Made by a program: the position numbers and the translations under genes. DNA of 64,000 bases, from positions 64,001 to 128,000 of IMG/VR virus record IMGVR_UViG_3300025117_000031; one strand, written 5' to 3'. The DNA comes from a virus. The notes under the pieces were generated by a model that saw only the letters and a list, made by a program, of their open reading frames with translations, was not told the origin of the DNA and did not search any database. Every line of letters starts with the position of its first letter. Position 1 is the first letter of the stretch. Below are positions 34,846 through 45,300 of this stretch, one piece after another.

Positions 34846-36260
34846 TGATTAAAAGATATGTTGCGGACAAAGACACTTCTATAACAAATGCTTATGAAGA
34901 AGACCTTTCTACTAGGGCTACCACCTGCAATATGGGTGGTTCTGATGTTTTAGAGGTATTTAGCGCTTTTGGAAGGGTAAATACATCTTCTGTTGAGAAG
35001 ATGAGAATTTTAATAAACTTCCCCATATCGACTTTATATTCTGATATCGTTGCTGGTACAGTACCAGACTCTGGAGTAAGCTATTATTTACGTCTTTTTG
35101 ATGTAGCACATCAGGAAACGACTCCAGAGACATTTACACTAGACGTGCAGCAAGTTTCTAGAAGTTGGGATGAAGGCCACGGAATGGATATGGAGGGGTT
35201 TTTATATGATGGAGATGGCGCTTCGTGGTCTTCTGCTAGTAACGCACAGACTGCATGGACAACTGCAGGAGGAGATTTTGTAGGGACCGCACTAACGGCT
35301 AGTTTTACTTCTTCTGCGGACAATCTAGAACTGGATATTAGCTCTTTTGTTAGTAGTTGGATTACCTATGAGGCTTCCGGAACAGGACAGAGAAACTATG
35401 GTCTTGTAATAAAACTTTCTGGTAGTATGGAGGATTGTTTAGCCTCTTCTTCATACTATACAAAGAGATTTTCTGCAAGAACATCAGAATATTATTACAG
35501 CCAACCGATAATTGAAGCTAGGTTTAACGATTCCAAGACGGATGACCGTGGTAATTTTTATGCGAAGAGCAATTTAGTTTCTGACAATTCAAATAAGCTT
35601 TATTTTTACAATCGTCCTAGATATGTTTGGTCAAATGTTCCCAATACACCAATGGTGGTTAGGTTTTTTGACTCTTCGGCAGGTACGGGCTCAATAACAC
35701 CAGTTGAAGGGACTCCCATTACTGCTACTTTAGAGAGTACCGGGAAATATTACATAACGGCTACAATTACTACGACAGAAGAGATTATTTACGACCGTTG
35801 GTATGACTCTTTAGGCAATTGTCTATGGACGGGCACAATAGACGTTCACACATTGTCGGCTTTCGATAGCTTGGAACAGACTGAATATGTTGGCAAGATA
35901 ACAAATTTAAAATCTGAGTATAAAAGAACAGAAACAAACGTAAGGTTTAACTTGTTTTTGAGGCTAAAAGACTGGACTCCAACAATCTATACGGCTGCGC
36001 AGTCTGCGGTTGAAAATACGATTGTCGAAAAGGTCTATTACCAAGTACGCAGAACCATTGATGATTTAATTGTGCTTGATTATAACAAATCTTCTCAGAG
36101 CAGCGGCACTTTGATGTCCTACGATAAAGAAGGTAATTATTTTTATCTAGACATGTCGATGTTTGAGAAAGATTATCAATATGAAATCGCGGTTGGGTAC
36201 GAAATAGGCTCTGAATTTAGAGTTTTGCCACAAACTTTCAAATTCCGTATTGGAAAATAG
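34845..36260 (+). CDS. Virion structural protein (DNRLRE-like beta-sandwich)
   Basis: KDTSI, RILINF, SRSWDEG.G, NYGLVIK, FSART...P.IEARF.D; S/T/G-rich. Confidence 0.55.
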   Translation: MIKRYVADKDTSITNAYEEDLSTRATTCNMGGSDVLEVFSAFGRVNTSSVEKMRILINFPISTLYSDIVAGTVPDSGVSYYLRLFDVAHQETTPETFTLDVQQVSRSWDEGHGMDMEGFLYDGDGASWSSASNAQTAWTTAGGDFVGTALTASFTSSADNLELDISSFVSSWITYEASGTGQRNYGLVIKLSGSMEDCLASSSYYTKRFSARTSEYYYSQPIIEARFNDSKTDDRGNFYAKSNLVSDNSNKLYFYNRPRYVWSNVPNTPMVVRFFDSSAGTGSITPVEGTPITATLESTGKYYITATITTTEEIIYDRWYDSLGNCLWTGTIDVHTLSAFDSLEQTEYVGKITNLKSEYKRTETNVRFNLFLRLKDWTPTIYTAAQSAVENTIVEKVYYQVRRTIDDLIVLDYNKSSQSSGTLMSYDKEGNYFYLDMSMFEKDYQYEIAVGYEIGSEFRVLPQTFKFRIGK

Positions 36261-36279
36261 AAAAAACCTGCAAGAACAT

Positions 36280-36287
36280 ATAATTAC
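36280..36287 (+). promoter_or_regulatory. Variant late-promoter-like motif ATAATTAC
   Basis: Intergenic, upstream of the 3723-aa gene. Confidence 0.35.
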
Positions 36288-36321
36288 TATGGCATAATCC
36301 TTTTAAGGGAGTTTTACCTTT

Positions 36322-39300
36322 ATGGCAATTAAAGACCTTTTTTCTCGAAGTCAACTAAAAAACCTTAAGTTGACAAGTAAAAGCGAGATAGAGGATAAGC
36401 TTGAATCTACAAATTATCCTTCTGCGTACAATTATGATAAAAGTTTGTTTGTTCCACATGTCGATTTTGACGATTTGGCAAGTTGGTGTAAATATGGCAG
36501 TGCAGAGAGGTATTTTGCTGATAGTTTTCTAAAAATTCAGGAGTTTTACCCCTTTGATGGCAGCAAAACTGAAAAACAAGAGTTTTTAAACAGTGGTTCT
36601 TTTGTAGATTCTTGGATTTTTGATAAAATCTATCCTAGAACTACAGGATATGCTAATTTTTCTTCTGATAATGTAATTACAATTACGTCTACTGGTGCTA
36701 TTTCTTCGAAAACAATCAACATCGTTTCAAATCCTGAATATATTTATTTAAAAGGGGGTCCTAATCTTGGGGATGCAAATTCCTATCTAGGGGCGAATCT
36801 TTTTTCCGAGGATGACGAAAGAGCTTCGAATCTCAGGTTTGGTGGGAGTTCTGGGAATTATATAGAATTTTGGTTAAAAAGGGGAATTACTGGTAGCAAT
36901 TCTGAAGTGGTCTTTAGTTTAAATGACTATTATTCTCAATATTTTACAATTTTATTGAACAACAGCGGCAGCAGTGCTTTTAGTATTGCTTCTGTTTGTT
37001 CTGGCTCGGCAAGTCAAAACGTAATTGACCTGACAGGATATACGGCTGCGCAAGCATTTGATAATAACTGGCGACACTATGGGTTTAAGCTTTCTAATCA
37101 TGCGACTGCAAATACATTTACCATAGAATTTTTTGTTGGAGATGATTCTGTTTCTTCTACTACGGGATCTGGTAAGTTTATTGATTGTGTAAATTACGTA
37201 CACGCTACCATTGGTGGTTTGATTGGGTCTGGTTCGTTTGCTACTGGTTCCGGAAAGCTTTCTGGTTCTTTGGATGAGTTCCGTTTTTGGAAATCTGCTA
37301 GAACAAACGAAGAAATTGGACAGAATTGGTTTTCTACGGTAGACGGCGGGGCGAATACCGATGACGCTAGTACGGATATTGGAGTTTATTACAAATTTAA
37401 CGAAGGAGTTTTTTCTTCTTCTAGTATACATGCGACAGATCGAATTGTTTTGGATTATTCTGGTCGCCTTTCTCATGGGGCTTGGTCTGGTTCCTTGTCC
37501 ACGAGTAGAAGCACGGGTTCTGCTATTGACAGCTATTTCGGCAAAGAGACAGAATATAAAGAGCCTATTTTATATTCTACCAACCCTTATGTTGCTGCAA
37601 AAGCAGCGGAGATGGCGAACTCTGGTTCTATACATGATGTTTCTAACAACTCTTGGGTTTATAACGATATTCCTGGGTGGATTTTAGAAGAAGATCAAGA
37701 ACAAGAAGACTACTCTCTTAGAAATCTTACTCAGATAATAGGTAGTTATTTTGATCATCTATATCTGCAAGTTAATGCGGTTTCATCTTTGAATGATGTT
37801 CATTATTCCAACGATGATGAAAAACCATATCCATTTAATGACAAGAGACTGGAAAGTCTTGGAGTTAAGGTGCCGGATATTTTCATAGATTCTACTTTAT
37901 TAGAATCTTTGATTGGTCGCAGCAACGAAGAAGATTTCGAAGAGAAGATTTATAACGTTAAGAACAGAATTTATGAAAACATCTATAACAATATTACAAA
38001 TGTTCTCAAAAGTAAAGGAACAGAGAAGTCGGTAAGAAATCTGATTAGATGTTTCGGTACAGATGAGGAAGTTGTTAAGTTAAATCTATATTCAGACAAT
38101 ACAGAATATTCTTTAAAAAACAACACAACGGAAACAGCAAGAAAAGTAAATCTTCTTTCTCTTGACGATGCTGATAATTTTGGAGTATCCTTAATACAGG
38201 CAACCAGCAGCTTGACAGACGACGATTTAGAATACATCACGGGCTCTACAGGGTTTAATTATATTCCATTTACTCTTGAAGCTGGCGTTGTGTTTCCGAA
38301 GAGAGCAGACGTAGACAGCGAGCTTTTTTATAGCGCCCCTTTTGTATCTTCTTCTTTGTTTGGTATTAAAAATTATAGTACGAACAACAGCATATTTAAA
38401 GTTTTATTTGTAAAGGAAGCAATCGACAGTAAGAACGGATATTGGCTTTTAACAAGTAGCGTCTTTTCTACACAACTTACCAGTTCTGTCTACAGTAATG
38501 TTTACGATAATGAATATTGGAGTTTTGGAGTCGGACTTTATCCAAATTCTCAAGATGCCTCGAATATAACTTCGACTACATATTGGCTAGATTTTTATGG
38601 TGTAAATTATTGCGGAGACATAAAACAGAATAGTTTTAACGTGTCGGCAAGTATTAGTCAAGTGTTAGCAACGTCTTCTTTACAAACAAGCAGACGAATT
38701 TATGCCGGCGCAGCAAGAACAAACTTTACTGGAAGTATAGAACAATACTCTGATGTAAAATTTGCCAACATAAGATATTTTCAAAAAAAGCTACAGACAG
38801 AAGAGATTGACGCTCACGCTAGGGATCCGTTTAATTATGGAGTTTTGAATCCTTCGAGAGAGATGGAAAAAGAAAGCAATCTCCAAGAATCCCAGGCTTT
38901 GGCATTAAATTGGGAGTTTGGAACGGGTAGTCTTTCGGCGCTTACCTATGGCGGGATTTCATACTACGGCATTAACGTAACAGATTATTCTTCTGGAAGC
39001 TATGTCTATCTTCATAATGGGAGTGTTGATAACGTTGTCGAAAGACATTATCCTGGTATTGCAATCTTTTTTACTTCTGGAACAACTCCGCAAGTTAGAG
39101 AACACATTTTAGCGGGTAGGCAACAGCTACCGGAATCTCTTTCAAGCGGGGATATGGTTAGTATTCTTTCAAATGATGATGAATATTTTACAAGAGATTC
39201 AAGACCTGTAAAGTATTTTTGGGCTTTGGAAAAGAGTATTTATCAAAACGTTTCCGAAGAGATATTAAAATTTTTTGCTGGAGTTGTAGACTTTAACAAC

Positions 39301-42300
39301 CTCATTGGAGAGCCTGTTAACAGATACAGAGAAGAATATAAGTCTTTAGCAAAGTTAAGAAAGATTTTCTTTGAGCGTATTGGGAATACTCCAAGCGTAG
39401 AAAAATATCTTAACTATTACAAATGGATTGATTCTTCTATTGGCCAGATGGTGCAACAGTTAATCCCGGCAACTGCTGATTTTTCAGAGGAAATGAGAAC
39501 GGTTGTTGAAAGCCACGTTCTGGAGAGAAACAAGTATCAAACTCCGTATCCGACAATGGAGTTTAAGACAGAAGAACCCGAAGCACACGCCTATGGTGTG
39601 AACGAACTTTTGTATAATTGGGGAGAAACCCATGCAAATCGTCCGCCGCTTTTTAATACAGTCTCAACACTTTATCCAGCTACAGAGAAAATGCCTTATG
39701 AGGCGGTTTATTTAACAAAAGGATACGTACCGGAAATTAGTGGCAGTGGAATCCACGGCTATTTATATCATAACACGACCTCAGACCTCGACAAGATAAA
39801 AAGAATTTATTTAAATGGTAACAATTGGGTAACGGGGGCAACAGAAGAAACATTTTTAATGAGAGGATTTGTTTCACACGCAACGCAGAACATTTTTTTG
39901 GCGGTTTCTACGGCATCTTCAACGGGAGACGATATATATACGGCTGGGGCAACATATTATGTAAACTCTGGTTCTGGCTGGGTGAAAAGTCCCGAGACTT
40001 TTGGTTCTCAAAAGAAGAGCCCCCCAATTTACTTATCTACGATAGATGCGTTTGTGACAAAAACTTATAATGCAGCGACATCTTCTTTTTATACATCTTC
40101 GAATGGATATACTTGGGGAGAGGTTGTGGACTCTAGAGAATCTGGGCTTTCTCCTAACAATGCAGCTTATCTCCTTTTTCATCATGCTGGACTAAACAGA
40201 CTTTATTTATTTGCAATAGCCACCGAAACTACAGTTGATGTAAGATATACTAATCCTGTTACGCTTGTCCCAGCGACGACATGCACTGGGCCAAGTAGTT
40301 TAGACCAGAATGCTGGTCTTCGTGCTGTTGATTACTTTAGTGATAATAAAATGGCTTTTGTTATGGACAAGGGCGCCCAGGATTGGGGAGCTAATTTTTA
40401 TTTTTATACATCTTCACTAGACGGCAATTCTTTCGGCTATGTTAATGAAACTGGATATATCCCGTACGGAATTGGGGTAAGGTTATTCTGGACTCTTGCG
40501 GCAAATAAAGATAGAAGTAAGATGCTTGTTTATGGGGTAAACCAGGGCACTACTTACGGATATACTAACATGGTATATTTAATGAGTAGAGAGAGTACCG
40601 ATTTGACTCTTATTCGTTATGACACATATAACTGTAGCGTAAACTCAGAATGGATTACTAATCCGTGGGCATTCGTGGATGAAAATGATATATTTTATAT
40701 CTGTAATGCGTCTGGGTCTGCTGGTGCCGAAAGTGTACAGATAAGCTCTTCCGCTGATCAAGGACTGACCTGGGGTAATTCAACACATTCTGTAGTTACT
40801 GATTTAGATGGTACTGCTGATATGTGGCGTTGGAAAAAGCAGAGAGCGGAAGGAGGCTTTTCTGAGATAGCTTCTGGGGACCCCAGCGTAAATTCGAATA
40901 AAACACAGTTGAAATATACTATGTTTTCTAATGTTTCTGGTTCTACTTTTGCGAAGAGGCACTTTTCTGTTGTAACTGAACCGTCGAGCACCTATATTAA
41001 AACTTTAACTGGCTCTTTAAACAGCTCTCCTTTTACCTCTATAGAAAATATAAAGGTAAGTTCCTCTACTCATCAGTTTTATACCGTCCCTTCGGGGTAT
41101 AGTAGCAGCATTGCTACTGGACATGAGCCAGATAGAAAGAATATTATTGGGAATTATTCTCACGACTATGAAATAGTTAATGTCTCTGGAAGATATAACC
41201 AAAGACCAGATATGGTAGCTTCTGGTGCACACAATGGGGGTTATTTTGTTTCTGATTTGGGAATGGTTCCGGCAGAGATATATACATCAGGGACGGTTGT
41301 TGACCATTATGACATAGTTACAAGCAGTGTGGTTGCTGTTAGCAGCAGTGATTTTTCTTCTTGCGCATATCAAAACCTTAGTTATTATCCGGATGAATAT
41401 GAAGGTCCAAACGGTGAAGTTAGTTCGAGTACGGGGTTTTCAGCGGATGGTGTAGCGCTTACAACACATGGAATGGCATATCCAGGAGATTTTTGGTTTA
41501 ATAGCGGGAGTGTTTTGTGGGTAAGAATAATTGCTAGAACAGCCGACTCTTCTTCTTATCCATGGATTTATAGTTTTTATGATTATGGGGAAATTGCATG
41601 GGATATTCCTTATTGCTATTTCGATTTAACTTCTGGCTCTGGTGCGATTGGAAGTTCTTCTGTTGCTGTGGTCACAAGTTCGATTACGGAGCTTGGAAAT
41701 GCTTTTTATGATTGTAGATATGCTTTTACAGCGACGAGAAATGTTGGGTTAGCGGATTCTAATTATGTTAAAATTTATTACGCTCAAGCAAGTGAAGACT
41801 ATTCTGTTACGGGCACAGCATTAAGGCTTGACCAATTCATACTTCATAATGTTTCTGTTGATGTTTCAGGAAGTTCTTCGATACCAGTGTATTCTTCTTG
41901 GACGTCTTCTTACCTTTCTGGCGAAAGCCCTAACAACTTTGCTCCCTTTAAAGGAGTCGATAAGTATTGTTTTAGAACTCTATTTTCTTCTCCTGGGGAA
42001 AAGAAAACCTTAACCAAGATTTGGTTAGATCCAGTTGCAGAAGAGCTTTCTACTCACAATGCGCAACCCTTTAGAAATCTTGAAGTAAGACAAGAATATG
42101 ATACAAGCCTTCAGCTTCACATGGTTTCTGGGGGTCTTTCTACTACTGGAGTTGCGAATGTTCACAAGACGAACTGTAATCCGCTTAGAACGGTAGTTGT
42201 GAATCCGACAGAAATTCTGCAAGAGCGATACGATAACGGATTTGTTTCTCACCAAATTCCCAGAAGTATTTATGGATATTCGTGGATTTCTGGTTCGACA

Positions 42301-45300
42301 ACGCAACCCACAACAGGTAGTATGGTGCTGGAGTTCCAAGAAGTTAGTGGAACGACTAATCTTGTAAATTGGGTTGGAACGGCTTCTTTAAACGTTAGGA
42401 CAAAAGAAAACGAAATTAGTACAACTACAAATACTTTAACTCATAATGCATCGTGGCAGACGGGTTCTTGGAGTCCTTATCAGTGGGCATCTTGGGAACA
42501 GATACGAGCAGGAGAGGGTCCTGTTGCAAGGGCTTTAAGAAAAGAAAACATCTATTCTGTTGAAGATCCTTCTAAAGAAAGAATTTTTGTTGACTCCCAG
42601 GGTAGAGAAAAACATTTTTTTGACAATAGGGCAGATTCTTTTACGAATTATTATGAGCCGGTTGTAACTTGGAATAAGCCAATAACTCATATTGTCGAAG
42701 ATATAAATAAAAATATTGTGTCTTTTACATATCCATATAGAAACCTAAAGGAACATTTTGCGAATCAGAAACTTGCTAATAGATTGAACGTTGGGGAATG
42801 TTCTATACCAATCTATGAAACTTGTTTGAATCTTTATAAGTTGGGTGAACATAAATTTGTTTCCATTTATTCGCCAGAGATCATTTATCCGAAGCATGAA
42901 AATGTCGGATTTGATATGATTCATGCGAGAAACTATTACGATGACTCTACTTCTTCTGGAATTAAAGGAAGCGATAGAATTACTTTCTGGAAAGACACAG
43001 AGGACGACAGAACGCAGAGCAATTTTGTAAATTCTCTTGGGTTCAACATGGGGATTGGTTCTGTTTGGGCTCTGGAAGATGGTTCTGGAAGTTCTCCTTA
43101 TGGCGAGCTTGCTTCTATGGGCGAGACAAGAACAAAAGATTTAATTGCTTATGGTAGAACGGGGATTCCGTCTCTTCAGTTCTGTTACGATGTGTATTTA
43201 TCTGGTTCTACTCTAAAAGAAAGTGGAACAAACTATACTGCGAACTCAGAGTCTGGGATTAATCCGTTTTATAATTCTTATGACAAATATTCTGATGAAA
43301 TTAGGCCAATGGGCGCAAGATATACTATTTTACCAGAATTTAGAATCTCAGAGCACATGGGGTGGTATATTAATGAAGCTGGTGGGGATTTCAGAAAGAA
43401 AAACAGAGGTATTTTAACGGCAGTTGGTACTAATGTTTCTTCTAGTATGTATAATTCTTCTAGAACGACAGCAAATGAAGAGTTCTATAAGATTTATTCG
43501 CACTCAGATATGATGAAAGCATTCAATGAGGTTTACGACGATCACAAGAAGCAAAAAGATAAAGTTCGCGAGTTCTCGATGACTTTCCGAGGGATAAAAA
43601 AACTACTTCCTTATAACGGTTTTTATCCTGTTCAGAGGTCTGTACAGCTTGGTAATTTACTTTCTCAATCGTATGCACCATATATTTCTTGGGACACAAA
43701 CAAGTCAAATAAAGAGTCAGCAATTCAGAGCCTAATTCAGCCGTTTTATGCTCCCGGAATCTTCTACAATACAGTCAAATCTGGCATTGCTGTCGATTGG
43801 CCGATTATGACAGGTACGACTGGAGATGAAGACGATTTTAGTGTGAACTACTATTCAGGAACGATTAAAAATTATTCTGGTTATCGGATGCCGTTTGAGT
43901 CGATTATTGATCCTTCTTATGCTCTTCCTCTTTCGAGCAGCAATAACAGCAGCAGAGAAGGAAGAATGTATTTGCTGAGTCCGGATTATGAAGAAACTTT
44001 AGTTGCAAAGTTAGAGCAAGAGATTACAGGTACAGCGAGTTCTTTGTTTTCTTATGATATGAAACTAGATAGAGACAATTCGCAGTTTGTTGTTGGTACA
44101 TTTAGAGATACTACAGATCCTACTGGAAGCGTACAGGTGTTCAATTACACTTCTGGTACTTGGACAAAACATTCCGATCTTATTCCTACGGGGACCATTG
44201 TGTCGGGAGATAAGTATGGTTCTGCTGTTGCAATTTACGGAGACGAGGCTTTTGTGGGTTCTTATGCTTCGGATATATCCGGGGAGACAGGGGCAGGACG
44301 TGTTTTGTATTTTAAGAAGCAGACCAACATCTGGCAGTGTGTTCAAGAAATAACAGCTTCTGATTTTACTGGTTCTGGTGTTTTTGGGAGAGCGCTAAGT
44401 TTTGATGGTACTACTTTGGCGGTAGGAGCAAACATATATGGTGGTGGGGATACTTTAGAGGGGAGGGCTTATATTTTACAAAGTGGGTCAAGTGGTTATG
44501 TAGAGGTAGCAGAGTTTTCTTCTTCTGTGGAGCCCGACGACGGGGCCTATGGCGGGAAAGTTTTAGTAAGTGGAACCTGGGCTTTTGTTTCGGAATATGG
44601 CGGTGCGGGTACACCAACAATTGGGAAAATTTATATTTATAAAACCAACGGGGTAGACCCTTGGTCTTTGCTGCAAGCGATATCCGCCAGCGATGGGGGA
44701 GCAGATGATTATTTTGGCGTTTCTGTGGCAATTTCTGGAACAAAAACTTCGGTTGATGGGTATGGTAGCCAATTGGCGGTTGGAAGTTATTATACTTATG
44801 AAGATGGTCAGCAAGCGGGTTCTGTTTATCTTTATGAATTAGATTATTTAAGAGGGTGGATTGAAAAACAAAAAATCGTTTCTGGGGAATCTGGAACAGG
44901 TGATCTCTTCGGGGCTTCAGTAGATTTTTGTGACGGGTTAATGATTGTAGGGGCTACTGGGCTTGACGATGCGGCAAGCAATGCGGGGGGTGTTTATCTT
45001 TATGAAAAGGAAAATGGTTATTATTATTTTCGGGAAAAAATTTCTGATGGGTTTGCTGCTAATGACGTTGTGGGCTCAAAGGTTGCTGTTTCAGGTAGCC
45101 AGCTTTTTGCTGGTGCACATGGAGCGGACAAAATTTTTATTTATTCTGGGGAATATGTTGGTTCTGCATATCCATTTATTTCTTGGGATGGAGAAAATAA
45201 AACAGATTATAGTTTAGCTTCTAATAACTTTTTTGCTGAGTCTTCGAGGTTCTTCCTGAAAGACGAGAAATTTACATCTTTTGTTTCTAAAAAAGAGTCT